64,000 nucleotides of DNA from Opitutales bacterium (GCA_965197745.1 CBDANS010000007.1:480001-544000); one strand, 5' to 3'; counted from the stretch's first letter, positions 1 through 10,356 are shown. The notes: generated by a model not told the origin, from the sequence alone. Numbers and translations: made by a program.

Positions 1-878
1 GCGGAAAACTCATCGAGAATACTGTTGCGCTCGGCAACCGGTTCCTCCTTCCATTTTCCTTCAGTGCCGATCCAAAAACCTGTTTTCTGTCCCTCTTCTC
101 TTCCATACGCGATGCGGAACTTTGCCTGTCCGTTAGTGAAAAAGAAATCTGCGCCGTAATCGGTGACTCCCGTTCTCCAAGCCATACGGCAGATACTGGC
201 AACGACACCACTTTTCCATCGTAAAAAAGCCATGGAGGTATCATCACAGGGTAATTCCTGGTAAGTAAAGGCTCCGAGTTGAGCACTGACGGTAGCAACA
301 TCATCGCCGACAATCCACAAGAGGCGATCAATCATGTGGGTGCCGTCCATCAATCCCATGCCTCCCCCCAATTCGCGATCCAACATCCATTTCGGCCGAT
401 CTTCAGGTTGATAAGGTTTATGCCAGATATCATAGACCATGAGGAGATCTCCCAGTCGTCTGGATTCAACCAGTTCTTTCATCTTTTTTACTACCGGCAT
501 GTAGCGTTGGGTATGGGCAGTCATTAATTTCACCTCATTTGTCTTTGCTGCCGCCAGCATCTCGTCACACTCGGTAAGCGATATGGCCATGGGTTTTTCC
601 AGATAAATATGTTTACCCGCGTTGGCAGCGTCGATGGCAGCCTGTTTGTGCAGCCAGTGGGGGAGAGCAGCAACGACAACCTGGACATCATTGCGATTAA
701 GGGTCTCCTTGTAGTCGGAAACAATATCAATATGGGGGTACTTCTCTCTTATCGGAGTGGAAAATTCGCTGCGCGGCTCCGCTACGACTTTAATATCTGC
801 TCCTTGAGTCTGCTCGATGATATTAATGTAATTACCACCTATACGACCTGTGCCTAACAGTGCGATGCCTATGCTCAC
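1..878 (-). CDS. Gfo/Idh/MocA family oxidoreductase (3' end runs off window)
   Basis: Not in ORF track. Hand translation from GTG at 878 gives SIGIALLGTGRIGG (Rossmann), LPHWLH, HIYLEKPMA and GGGMGLMDGTHMID, with no stop before position 1. Confidence 0.9.
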   Translation of the reverse strand, partial: MSIGIALLGTGRIGGNYINIIEQTQGADIKVVAEPRSEFSTPIREKYPHIDIVSDYKETLNRNDVQVVVAALPHWLHKQAAIDAANAGKHIYLEKPMAISLTECDEMLAAAKTNEVKLMTAHTQRYMPVVKKMKELVESRRLGDLLMVYDIWHKPYQPEDRPKWMLDRELGGGMGLMDGTHMIDRLLWIVGDDVATVSAQLGAFTYQELPCDDTSMAFLRWKSGVVASICRMAWRTGVTDYGADFFFTNGQAKFRIAYGREEGQKTGFWIGTEGKWKEEPVAERNSILDEFS

Positions 879-973
879 TTATCCCTTTGTTTTAACATTT
901 TTATTAACTTAATTATGATGCGGAAAAATAAATGACTTAAATAGAATGTAAAACGATCTTCGATGAGAAATTT

Positions 974-2578
974 TTATAGAACTTTAAAAGAATATAAATT
1001 CCCACCCTTATTAATTTTAAATTGCAGACGAATGGCTGCATCGGGTGATGACCCATTATCTATTTCGGTCATCTGCTTTAAAGTTTTACCTTTAAAACGA
1101 ATCAGATTGTTCGTGGAATTATTGTTAACTGTTTCAACACCTAAACCTTTCTCTGATCCATTAAGCACAGTTACTTTAATAGGACCATTGCTATTTATAT
1201 AGAGATCATTTCCAACAAACTTAAGTGGTTTTGTTGTTAATAATCCACCGTTCACGGAAACGAAACCGTCAATGCGTAAGCGAGCACGAAAAATTCCACC
1301 CCCAGTAACTCGAATTTCTCTAGGTTGATTTTTACCGTATGAAGAGCAACCATAGTAGTAAATCAATTCATTGCCAATGCGAAGCGGTCCCTGACTGAAC
1401 AGAGTTATATATCCACCATCATTGCGTCCACTATTTCCTCCTTCAGGACCATTAGGTATAAAGACCTCTGGCACTCCATCATCATTATTGAATTGGACTT
1501 TCTTCCAATGCAATCCGTCATGACTGATTACAAGTTTTAGAAATGCACAGCCAGCCGAAGAATAGGAATAATCATCTTTATCGTGCCAGATTTTTAGACC
1601 CCCTAACCACAACGATTCATAAAGCCAAGCGGTAGAGATATAATATTCATCGTGAGGCAAATCACCGTTCACGGTTTCAGCGGGTGGCACCAGGTCTATA
1701 TATTTTATCCGATCTAAATCAACAGGTTGATTGAGACGGTCAACAAAATGATATGCACGAGACCTTAACCCGTTTCCTTCTACAGGATTACCCTCGCCCG
1801 TATAATCTCCCTGGTAAAAATCACGGTAAAACCTAATTGATGCGAGATAACGATTCGATATTGAATCATAATTAAATATGGTCGCGTCCCCTGCTCCGAC
1901 GAGGGACTTGCCATTCTGCACGATACTTCGCTTTAAATAGGGGATTATCTTTTGGCCCCTTTCCCAATTTTTACCATCGCGAGATCGCACATAATAGCTA
2001 CCCTCCCTTTCGTAACCCCAGTTAGCAAACCAAACCCAACCTTTATAAGGGTATAGATCATCCTTGGTATCGTAATAACAAGAGAATAAATCATTGTTGG
2101 TAGCATAGGTGCCTGATTCTTCATCCAGAAAAAAATCACGAGACTTCGGAAAAACCGTCTCAGAAACTCCATTATCTCCCTTAATCCAGTGGATTCCGTC
2201 AGATGAAGTAAATCTCATACACCGCGCTTTGTCCCATCGCTTTAAAGTCGGAGCATACCCCCCTGCAAACATTATATATTTATTTAACTTCGGATCATAA
2301 ACGATAGTTCCTCCAGCTCCAAGTGTTGCATTATAGTCACCAAATTCATCATCGAGCTCAATAACAGGAAAGTTTCCCCCATTGTCCTTAATTGGCTGGT
2401 GGAGTGTGCGCTTTAGATTTTTTTGTGAATCAATTAAATAGTCGTCGATAAATAATTGAGCTACTCCATTGGAAATAACAATTGGATCTTCAGCTAGTAA
2501 TATTTCCATATTGAGTCCATTAATACATAGCAAAAGGAAAGTAGAAGTTATAACCTTTTTAATAAGCTTATTAATCAT
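974..2578 (-). CDS. Secreted beta-propeller glycoside-hydrolase-like protein (GH32/43/130-like fold, function unknown)
   Basis: Likely start MINKLIKK at 2578 with signal peptide. Motifs QLFIDDYLI..RTLHQP, repeated SxDGxxW Asp-boxes, C-terminal RLRIDGFVS..LYIN. AT-rich. Confidence 0.65.
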   Translation of the reverse strand: MINKLIKKVITSTFLLLCINGLNMEILLAEDPIVISNGVAQLFIDDYLIDSQKNLKRTLHQPIKDNGGNFPVIELDDEFGDYNATLGAGGTIVYDPKLNKYIMFAGGYAPTLKRWDKARCMRFTSSDGIHWIKGDNGVSETVFPKSRDFFLDEESGTYATNNDLFSCYYDTKDDLYPYKGWVWFANWGYEREGSYYVRSRDGKNWERGQKIIPYLKRSIVQNGKSLVGAGDATIFNYDSISNRYLASIRFYRDFYQGDYTGEGNPVEGNGLRSRAYHFVDRLNQPVDLDRIKYIDLVPPAETVNGDLPHDEYYISTAWLYESLWLGGLKIWHDKDDYSYSSAGCAFLKLVISHDGLHWKKVQFNNDDGVPEVFIPNGPEGGNSGRNDGGYITLFSQGPLRIGNELIYYYGCSSYGKNQPREIRVTGGGIFRARLRIDGFVSVNGGLLTTKPLKFVGNDLYINSNGPIKVTVLNGSEKGLGVETVNNNSTNNLIRFKGKTLKQMTEIDNGSSPDAAIRLQFKINKGGNLYSFKVL

Positions 2579-2643
2579 TAGTTTTGAGTAACCTAATTGA
2601 TTATTAGTAGAATTAAGTGGTAAAAGCAGAACGGGAAATTGCT

Positions 2644-3468
2644 TTATGTGAACCATAATCGCATGGCCGTTTCTCCCAGGATTGCCTCTTTCTCTGATGG
2701 TGAAAGTTCCAAATGATCGTTAAAGATTTCGAGATGCTGTTCATAGCTTACTTTTGGAATCCATAGCGAGGTGGGAAAATCACTTCCCCACAGGCATCGC
2801 TCAGGAGTATACGTGTCGATAACGCTTCTTATCACAGCGTGCATATCGCGACAGGGAAAAGCTTCATCTGAACCGGAGACGAGAAAAGATAACTTGGCGT
2901 AAATATTATTATACTGTGCTAAATCCAACACTGTTTTTAAGTTTTCAGATTGCTGTGCATCTGACGCTTTAAGATTGGCACAATGGTCGAGAACCACGGG
3001 GACTTCAGGAAATGCGGAAAGCATCTTTGCCAGTGATCGGCAATTCGGAGGGTCGAGCAGGGCGCAAATAATCATCCCCCATTTTTGCGCCGCTTTCCAA
3101 ATATGGTTGTGTTCTTCAATCACCGTTCCATCGGTATGCCAGCCGACTGAAACACGATTGCCCCGGACACCTGAAGACGAGGCTTTTTCAAGGAGATCAA
3201 TAGAACCCGGATCAAAGGGATCAACATTCAGAACACCGGTCATCCAGCTCTGATGATCCCGCACGGTGTCAAGAATAAGCCGGTTATCATGCTTATATGT
3301 TGAAAATGTTTGGACCGCAACAATCCGTTCAATGTCATTGGCCTGTTTTTCATTTATAAGATCTTCAACGGTCCCACGACCGACCGGTGGTAAATAAGGC
3401 TTAGCAATCCGGGGGTACTTTACCGTATCTTCAGAGTATATATGCGCGTGGGTGTCTATAATAGTCAT
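2644..3468 (-). CDS. Amidohydrolase family protein (amidohydro_2, lactonase-like)
   Basis: IIDTHAH, VVLDHC, YAKLS and LWGSDFP motifs. Confidence 0.85.
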   Translation of the reverse strand: MTIIDTHAHIYSEDTVKYPRIAKPYLPPVGRGTVEDLINEKQANDIERIVAVQTFSTYKHDNRLILDTVRDHQSWMTGVLNVDPFDPGSIDLLEKASSSGVRGNRVSVGWHTDGTVIEEHNHIWKAAQKWGMIICALLDPPNCRSLAKMLSAFPEVPVVLDHCANLKASDAQQSENLKTVLDLAQYNNIYAKLSFLVSGSDEAFPCRDMHAVIRSVIDTYTPERCLWGSDFPTSLWIPKVSYEQHLEIFNDHLELSPSEKEAILGETAMRLWFT

Positions 3469-3482
3469 GAGTGATTATGAGA

Positions 3483-3565
3483 ATCTTCGTCTGCCTATTC
3501 GTCTTTCTCTATCTCCCTATTGTCATTGCGAGGATCCCGCGGACGCGGGAGACGCGGCAATCCAG
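3483..3565 (+). repeat. TGTCATTGCGAG-type REP palindrome, left arm of inverted pair around GIY-YIG gene
   Basis: atcttcgtctgcct...ctccctattgtcattgcgagga...gacgcggcaatccag is the inverted counterpart of 3923-3983. Confidence 0.85.
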
Positions 3566-3573
3566 GCAAATAA

Positions 3574-3876
3574 TCATTTTGCTTGCGAATACCATTCTCC
3601 GCTAAAATCTTTCCAATGAGGGTTCATCTTTTCTATTAAAGCAATTTTTGTTTTTCTAGATCCGGCTTTTATTTGCTTTTCACGTGCAATTGCATTCTGA
3701 ATATCATTTTAGGCTTCGAGATAGACCAATCTCTGTATCCCGTATTTATTTGTGAAACCTTCCTTTATTTTATTTTTATGTTCCCATACGCGACGTAATA
3801 GACTGCGTGTGACTCCCGTGTAAAGTGTTCCGTTACGCTTATTAGCCAGGATGTAAACATAATATACATTGCTCAC
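3574..3876 (-). pseudogene. GIY-YIG nuclease (UPF0213-like) with internal TAA
   Basis: Hand translation: VSNVYYVYILANKRNGTLYTGVTRSLLRRVWEHK...LVYLEA*NDIQNAIAREKQIKAGSRKTKIALIEKMNPHWKDF. TAA at 3709-3711 (codon 56). Confidence 0.9.
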
Positions 3877-3922
3877 ATATATTAAATACGGTATATCTAT
3901 GATAATGGTTAATTCTATATTT

Positions 3923-3983
3923 CTGGATTGCCGCGTCGCGTTGCTCCTCGCAATGACAATAGGGAGTTAGAGGCAGACGAAGA
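3923..3983 (-). repeat. TGTCATTGCGAG-type REP, right arm
   Basis: Reverse complement of 3923-3963 is identical over 41 nt to 29517-29557. Confidence 0.85.
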
Positions 3984-4011
3984 TATACTACTTATATTAT
4001 TATCATTTCAC

Positions 4012-4161
4012 TTACTTTTCATCGCTATCAATATCTTTAAGTTTTCTGAATAATTTTTTTAAATCAAAATACCCGCCAATTGATACCCACAGGGCCATAA
4101 TACAGAAAATAACAACGGCGATTATAAAAACCGCTTTCCAAAGAATTATCCAGAATTCCAT
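4012..4161 (-). CDS. 49-aa single-TM membrane protein downstream of symporter
   Basis: MEFWIILWKAVFIIAVVIFCIMALWVSIGGYFDLKKLF..., preceded by GAGGAG RBS. Confidence 0.7.
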   Translation of the reverse strand: MEFWIILWKAVFIIAVVIFCIMALWVSIGGYFDLKKLFRKLKDIDSDEK

Positions 4162-4183
4162 TTGTTTCTCCTCATATAGTTTA

Positions 4184-5731
4184 TCATTTATTGTTTTCCA
4201 GGGTATCTCTATCTGGAAATAAGAGTGAGCCAATGATCATCGCTATGAATGTCAAAGCGATCGTAAAGAGTCCCACTTGAGCTCCAGTCAATCCCTCTAA
4301 ACCGATGGTGTTTCTCACGGGTTCCAGTCCAAATATAGCGAAGAATCCGCAGAGGAGCGCGAGAACAGCGCCCGTGGAACTGGCGCGTTTCCAATAGAGA
4401 CCGCCGACCAGTAAGGCAAAAGCACCGGTAAAGTATACGGCACCGGTAACTACCAGATAATCCCAGATATCATCTTTGCCTTTATAGACCAGACCCCAAT
4501 AGAGGATATAGCCTCCTATTAATACGATAAAAATACGGGTTAACCGTATACGCGTGGTATTGATCAATTCACGCCGGCACAGGGGCACGATGATATCCTG
4601 GGTGATCACCGAACTCCAACACAATAGATAGCTGTCATGCGTGGACATAAAGGCGGCAATCATCGCCGCAGTGATAAACCCGATTACTCCTGCGGGTAAA
4701 ATGCGCCCGAGGAATACAGGCATGGCATATAAATTATCGATGGGTTCTCCATTGCCGGCTTCAGGGAAAAAAAGTTCATTCAATTCCGGGGCCTCGGTTA
4801 AGATAAAAACGAATGCCGCTATGCCCCAAAAGTAAGGAATGAGAAAGCGGATTAAATAAGCGACTGATGACCACATATACTGAACCTTTACCGCTTCCGG
4901 GCTTTCCATGGCCAGGGCTCGAGCTACCGCGGCCGGCCATACCGCGCATGCGATCAAACCGAGAAAACCCATCCAAATAATATAATCTATGCCAAAGGTC
5001 CCTTCCGCGAGGACAGGGTTAAACCCTTTTTCCCCCATTTGGATAGCGACGGTATCAAAAATATTCTGCCACCCGAGATGATACAAAATCAACACGGTGG
5101 CAAAAAGTAATCCAAATGATAAAACTACAAACTGGATATAATCGGTTACAACCACGGAAATCATACCGCCGAGAACAGTATAGATCAAGACGAGGACGAG
5201 TAAAACGATCATCACCATGGGCAGAGCCCAACCGGTTGCAGACATTCCGGTGATACCGACGATAAACATCGACCCCACTTTTAAAAACATCCCCATATTT
5301 AATATCCCCCCCAGGGCCAGCATGATGCCACCGAGGATCCGCGTCTTCCGTCCGAAGCGCAGATCGTAGAACTCCGGGATCGTCAAAACCTTCAATTTTC
5401 GGAGGCGATATACAATCAGTCCTGTGGCGCCGACAATGAAAGTTCCCAATGCCGCCATAACCGCAATGTGAAAAGCGGCAAACCCTCCGGTGAATCCTTT
5501 CTGAGAACTGTACATGACCGTAACCAGCCCGGTCTCTGTTCCCGCCAGGGTTGCGACACCGAGTCTCGTGCCGAGCGCTCTGCCGGCGCCGATGTAACTG
5601 GTCATGTTCGTGGCAAAGCGTTTTACGAGAAGGCCGATGACGAGAGAGAGGGATAGATAAGCACCGACAATAACCCAATCAATGAGGGTAAAATTAGTCT
5701 GACTAAAAGCGTCTGAAAATGTTGATTCCAT
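4184..5731 (-). CDS. Sodium:solute symporter (SSS) family protein
   Basis: Likely start MESTFS at 5731. DWVIVGAYL, TIPEFYDLRFG, YTVLGGMISVVVTDYIQ, AAFMSTHDS; many TM helices. Confidence 0.92.
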   Translation of the reverse strand: MESTFSDAFSQTNFTLIDWVIVGAYLSLSLVIGLLVKRFATNMTSYIGAGRALGTRLGVATLAGTETGLVTVMYSSQKGFTGGFAAFHIAVMAALGTFIVGATGLIVYRLRKLKVLTIPEFYDLRFGRKTRILGGIMLALGGILNMGMFLKVGSMFIVGITGMSATGWALPMVMIVLLVLVLIYTVLGGMISVVVTDYIQFVVLSFGLLFATVLILYHLGWQNIFDTVAIQMGEKGFNPVLAEGTFGIDYIIWMGFLGLIACAVWPAAVARALAMESPEAVKVQYMWSSVAYLIRFLIPYFWGIAAFVFILTEAPELNELFFPEAGNGEPIDNLYAMPVFLGRILPAGVIGFITAAMIAAFMSTHDSYLLCWSSVITQDIIVPLCRRELINTTRIRLTRIFIVLIGGYILYWGLVYKGKDDIWDYLVVTGAVYFTGAFALLVGGLYWKRASSTGAVLALLCGFFAIFGLEPVRNTIGLEGLTGAQVGLFTIALTFIAMIIGSLLFPDRDTLENNK

Positions 5732-5864
5732 GATCGGTATTACCTGCTTGTGAAGGTCACTCTCATAAATACATTTCCATAGATCAAGCAGACTTACCAA
5801 GCAGCATGTTCAACACGGTTGTAAAGAACATGCGCTCTTCGTGAAGTGAAGTTTAACACAATCT

Positions 5865-6818
5865 TCAGCTTCTGAAAGCGGGAGGGTTAGAAGAAAATCC
5901 CAGGAGGTAACGGAGGGTAGGAGAAAAACGCTCTGCCATTTTTTTCGGGATCGTGGGCCTGAAATCGGTGAACGGTTTAATCCAGGAGCGGCAGTAGTAT
6001 CCAAGAATGGCGCGACGCGGTTTATCTGTCGTATTTGATCCCGAGCGATGCCAGGTATTAGAGAGCCATATAGCCACTGATCCGGCGGGCGCGGTAAGAA
6101 TTACATCTTCCTCATTTAACGCTTCTCCCCATACCGGTTTTTTTCTTCGAAGGTGGCTGCGGGGGACGACATGGGTTGCTCCGTTTTCTTCGGTAAAATC
6201 ATCAAGCATCCATACGTTTTGCACGGTGAGAGGAAAATGGGGGAGGGGTTCTTCCAACTGACCGAGGGGAACATCCACGTGCCAGGCACCGCCTTCTTTG
6301 GCCTGAGGTCCAATACTGTTAACACTGAGGTCGGATAGGATACAATCATTGTCCAATACCCCTCTGACCAGTTCTAAGACAATTGGGTTTTCGATCAATC
6401 TGCCAAATAAGTCTGATTTGCTCGGTAGATTCATTATCCGTTGAGATTTATCTTCATCAAAAAAAAGTGGGAGGTGCATGAATAATTTCATTACCTGTTT
6501 GATGGGAACCGGCCAGGGGGTGTCATAGTTTTGCGCGCGTGTGTGGCGCACTCGTTTCATAATCCTGGCTAATTCGTTTTTACTTATCGTGTAATTTTTT
6601 GCATAAAAAGCTTCGATCTCTGCATCATCCGCGTGAGCGGGACCGTCTTCAGGTGCGTAGGGTGACTCCCGTTCCCGCGCAAGCAGATCCTCCACTACTT
6701 CCCGATACTTTTCCAATTCATTTGCTTCAAGTATTCCCTCAAACACAACATAGCCCTGCTCCGAAAGCTGCGTGTGTGCCGCATTCAAATCGAATTTGGA
6801 ACTTATTTTCGATCCCAT
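5865..6818 (-). CDS. Phytanoyl-CoA dioxygenase (PhyH) family Fe(II)/2OG dioxygenase
   Basis: GYVVFEG, WHVD (HxD), LDDFTEENGATHVVPRSH, WHRSGSN..PRRA. Confidence 0.88.
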   Translation of the reverse strand: MGSKISSKFDLNAAHTQLSEQGYVVFEGILEANELEKYREVVEDLLARERESPYAPEDGPAHADDAEIEAFYAKNYTISKNELARIMKRVRHTRAQNYDTPWPVPIKQVMKLFMHLPLFFDEDKSQRIMNLPSKSDLFGRLIENPIVLELVRGVLDNDCILSDLSVNSIGPQAKEGGAWHVDVPLGQLEEPLPHFPLTVQNVWMLDDFTEENGATHVVPRSHLRRKKPVWGEALNEEDVILTAPAGSVAIWLSNTWHRSGSNTTDKPRRAILGYYCRSWIKPFTDFRPTIPKKMAERFSPTLRYLLGFSSNPPAFRS

Positions 6819-7042
6819 TAGATAATGCTAATTTTCAATAAAGTTTTAATATATACAGTCTTTAATAAGACAAGCCCGTCATTTTAATTTGCCTTTAATG
6901 ATATAACACATTGCCTTCCCCCTATTGATGAAATGCGAATAAAGGTTAATAGATCAAGAAATTATAATACTTCCAGGAATATTCCAATAACCAGGCACTA
7001 AGCGGGAACAGGTTTACGTCAATTAGAAAGTAATATATAACA

Positions 7043-8566
7043 ATGGATGGTTTAGCCGGATTCAGTGAATTAAACTATTGTATACTGATTGTATACTTCG
7101 GCGTGTTATTCAGCATTGGTCTGTTCCTCGCAAAAAAACAGCGAAGCACCGAAGATTACTTTTTAGCTGGCAGAAACATGCCCTGGTTATTTGTCGCGAT
7201 GAGTATGCTGGCCTCGCTTACCAGCGCTGTTTCCTACATGGGCGTTCCCGGGACCTCTTATGCTGAGAATATCTCTTATATTTTTGCCGCTCCGATGGCA
7301 CTTATAACGGCTCCCATCGTTATTTTCTTTTTCTTTCCACTCTACAGAAAATTTAAGATCACCACGACTTATGATTACATCCTGAAACGATTCGGTAAAG
7401 AGGCCCGCTATGTTGCATCCGGTCTGTTTTTGTTATCAACCCTGGGATGGATGGGCACGATTTTGTATGCTCCCGCCCTGGCCCTCAGCGTCGTTACCGG
7501 AATCAACTTATGGCTGGCCATTATCCTGATGGGACTGCTGACAACCGCTTACACCGTAATGGGGGGACTCCCTGCGGTTATTTGGACCGATGTGCTTCAG
7601 TTTCTTATTCTTGTCGGGGGTGCAATCTGGGTGTTCGTCAGTCTCCTGAATGGAGTCCCGGGTGGGTTCAGTCAGATTATTGAAATTGCCGGTGAAACCG
7701 ATCACCTTCGTGTCTTTGAATGGAAGTTGGATTTTAGCCGAATGAACGCTATAGCGGTAACTATCGCCTGGTTTTTCATTTCTATCCAGGCCTGGGGGAT
7801 CGGCCAGGTGTCGGTGCAACGCCTGCTCGCGGTTAAAACCTATGGGGGAGTGGCAAAAGCCCTAATCACAAATGGTATTTTCGAGACGATTATGTTAACT
7901 CTCCTTTTGTTCATCGGGATTGGCATGTTCGCCTATTTTCATATTTTTCCCGAGCGACTTGTTGAGGGCCTAGTTGGCGACCGTTTTCTTCCCTATTATA
8001 TTATTCACGCTCTACCCAATGGAGTTTCCGGGCTTCTTATAACTGCTATCTTCGCGGCAGCGATGTCGAGCATGGATTCCGCGGTCAATTCATCGGCTAC
8101 GGTGATCGTCAACGACTTTGTCAATCCGCTCAGTCGCAAACCGAGGACTGATCAGCAGGACTTAAAATTGGCGCGCATTCTTACCATTTGCTTCGGCATT
8201 TTCGCCGTCGGCGTAGCCTGTTATGTCTCCAGAATTGAAGGGGTGTTGAAAGCAATCAACATGATAGGCGGCTATTTCGGGGCACCTGCTACGGCTTTAT
8301 TTTTTCTCGGTATTTTCAGTCGACGAGCGAATTTTCAAGGATGGGTAGTGGCCACGCTGCTCATTGCCATGCCTTTTCAATTTTGGATACAAAACGTTGT
8401 AGATGTACATTGGATATATTATTCAACCTTGGGCCTTTTCGTCACGGTGATTACAACTTATCTCTTCAGTGTTATCGCTTCAGCTATCTGGCATATTCCA
8501 AAAGCTGAAGACCAATACACCATATGGGGCACGCGATTTTCATTTTCTGATTTTAAAGAAACCTGA
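7043..8566 (+). CDS. Sodium:solute symporter (SiaT-like subgroup)
   Basis: STEDYFLAGRNMPW, GGLPAVIWTDVLQ, VQRLLA, AAAMSSMDSAVNS. Confidence 0.93.
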   Translation: MDGLAGFSELNYCILIVYFGVLFSIGLFLAKKQRSTEDYFLAGRNMPWLFVAMSMLASLTSAVSYMGVPGTSYAENISYIFAAPMALITAPIVIFFFFPLYRKFKITTTYDYILKRFGKEARYVASGLFLLSTLGWMGTILYAPALALSVVTGINLWLAIILMGLLTTAYTVMGGLPAVIWTDVLQFLILVGGAIWVFVSLLNGVPGGFSQIIEIAGETDHLRVFEWKLDFSRMNAIAVTIAWFFISIQAWGIGQVSVQRLLAVKTYGGVAKALITNGIFETIMLTLLLFIGIGMFAYFHIFPERLVEGLVGDRFLPYYIIHALPNGVSGLLITAIFAAAMSSMDSAVNSSATVIVNDFVNPLSRKPRTDQQDLKLARILTICFGIFAVGVACYVSRIEGVLKAINMIGGYFGAPATALFFLGIFSRRANFQGWVVATLLIAMPFQFWIQNVVDVHWIYYSTLGLFVTVITTYLFSVIASAIWHIPKAEDQYTIWGTRFSFSDFKET

Positions 8567-8613
8567 ACGACGATTAATATATAATCCTTATGTCGCGTGA
8601 ACCGGCCCGGGAA

Positions 8614-9462
8614 TTATTGATCTATATTCAAAAGAGCCATCGCTAATATTGCGATTGCAATACCTAAAGCGCTGCGCCTCGAGAGAGGCTCTTTAAAAAG
8701 GAAAATGGCAACCGATGTTGTAAAAAGCAAACCGCCGGCGCTAATGATAGGGAAGACAACGAAACCGGGAAACTGCTCCAGCGCTTTGAGTAAATAGACT
8801 GTTTGCAGGCAATTCGAGATACCAACCACCGTTGCGATTATTATTTCTGAAAATGTTGGTCGGTGTTTTCGCCTGAGGAGAATGAATATCGAGGCAAGAC
8901 TGGCGATCGAGAATGCCGATAAAACGAAGAAGGCAACTTCCTCAGGTTTCCCATAATATTTGAAGGCCTCTTGAGATGTTCTTGCTGACCCGGCTACGAA
9001 AAAGAACAGGAGCATCAGGAAAATTATCCGGGTAGGAACATCGGATCCCCTCATGCCTGTTTTTTTCTGTCCGATAAGAAGCAAAGAAAAAGTTCCAAAA
9101 CCGATTCCCAGGGCTTGCCAGAAAGATGGCCGTTCTCCCCAGAAAATAATGCCACAAAGAATGGGCATGAGCATGGCCAACCGGGAGGCAACGGCAGTTA
9201 AAGCTGCGCCTTTCCAGAACAACACGGGAATCAAGAGAAGATATCCCAGAAAGTAAAATATACCATTAATGGCGCCCAGGAAGGTGGCGTAAATACTGTA
9301 GGACTGGTAATCCGAGAAGAGGTAAAGCTGTGCCGCGAACACCGCGCTCGCGATATAACTTATGGCTCCAACTGTTATTAAATCTTCATCGCGTCCCTGC
9401 ACCCAGCGAAAGATGAGAATAAAAGTAGAACTGAAAATTATATTCAGAAAAAGATAGATCAA
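8614..9462 (-). CDS. EamA/DMT family transporter
   Basis: About 10 TM helices in two repeats, FWGERP and FLFKE motifs, TTG start. Confidence 0.8.
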   Translation of the reverse strand: MIYLFLNIIFSSTFILIFRWVQGRDEDLITVGAISYIASAVFAAQLYLFSDYQSYSIYATFLGAINGIFYFLGYLLLIPVLFWKGAALTAVASRLAMLMPILCGIIFWGERPSFWQALGIGFGTFSLLLIGQKKTGMRGSDVPTRIIFLMLLFFFVAGSARTSQEAFKYYGKPEEVAFFVLSAFSIASLASIFILLRRKHRPTFSEIIIATVVGISNCLQTVYLLKALEQFPGFVVFPIISAGGLLFTTSVAIFLFKEPLSRRSALGIAIAILAMALLNIDQ

Positions 9463-9513
9463 GTGTCGCCCCGGATAATATTTATCACTTTAAGGTGAAA
9501 CAAATAGCTTCGG

Positions 9514-10356
9514 TCACATATTTAATAGCACCAGTGATATAATAGAGATTACGATAATCGCATAAGTAAGTGAAACTAATCTTTCCTTGAGAAAGAATCC
9601 CGCAAGACAAGTCGTAAACAAGAGGGAGCCGGCACTGGCTGCAGGAAAGACAATAAATCCGGGAAAGGATTCAAGAGATTTCAATAAAAAGACCAGTTGA
9701 ATATTGTTCACGCTTCCCAGGATGATGCCGGTTATTATCTCAGCGATCGAAGGGTGCTGCTGACGCAAAATCAAAATGATGATGGATGCGCTACCCGCAA
9801 TGAGAAAAGCCGTAAGGATATAAACCGGAAGTTCATTGGGGTTCCCCAGGTATTTAAAAGCCTCCTGTGAAGTCAGGGCGCTCCCTTCGATTAAAAACAC
9901 GCAACCCATGATGACCGCGATAATCGGGGGGACTTTTTTTCCAACGATCCCAACTTCCCTTTGGCCAATTAAAATTAGAGAGATGCAGGCAAGTGCGATG
10001 CCTGTGAATTGAACTGAAGTCGGTCTTTCTCCCCAAAATAGTATACCCGCCAATAACGGAAGGATCATGGCCAGCCTGGCCACTGCTGAGGTCAGGGCAG
10101 CTCCCTTCCAGGGGAGAATATAAATCGCGATAAAGAAGACGTTGATATAGCAAATTCCGTTGATCGCGCCGAGCAGGCATGAGATACCGCTGAAATTCGA
10201 TGGCTGCTTAAGGAGAAATAATATTACCGCAATGACGGCACAGGTGATGTAATTAACAGCTCCGATGTTGACGATATTATTTTTACGTTTCTGGGCCCAC
10301 CGAACAATAATGATGAAACACGAACTTAAAACGATATGGAGTATAAGATAGATCAA
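9514..10356 (-). CDS. EamA/DMT family transporter (tandem paralog)
   Basis: Shares MIYL, WKGAALT, FWGERP, TSQEAFKY and FPGF.VFP with 8614-9462. Confidence 0.8.
   Translation of the reverse strand: MIYLILHIVLSSCFIIIVRWAQKRKNNIVNIGAVNYITCAVIAVILFLLKQPSNFSGISCLLGAINGICYINVFFIAIYILPWKGAALTSAVARLAMILPLLAGILFWGERPTSVQFTGIALACISLILIGQREVGIVGKKVPPIIAVIMGCVFLIEGSALTSQEAFKYLGNPNELPVYILTAFLIAGSASIIILILRQQHPSIAEIITGIILGSVNNIQLVFLLKSLESFPGFIVFPAASAGSLLFTTCLAGFFLKERLVSLTYAIIVISIISLVLLNM

Noticed and set aside
279..857. Short ORFs listed in the track at the window start
   Set aside because: They are shadows of the minus-strand Gfo/Idh/MocA gene (1-878).
5732..5864. Riboswitch or ncRNA between PhyH and SSS (hairpin gcatgttc...gaacatgc)
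   Set aside because: Only a single 8-bp stem with no recognisable aptamer consensus; an Rfam cmscan would be needed.
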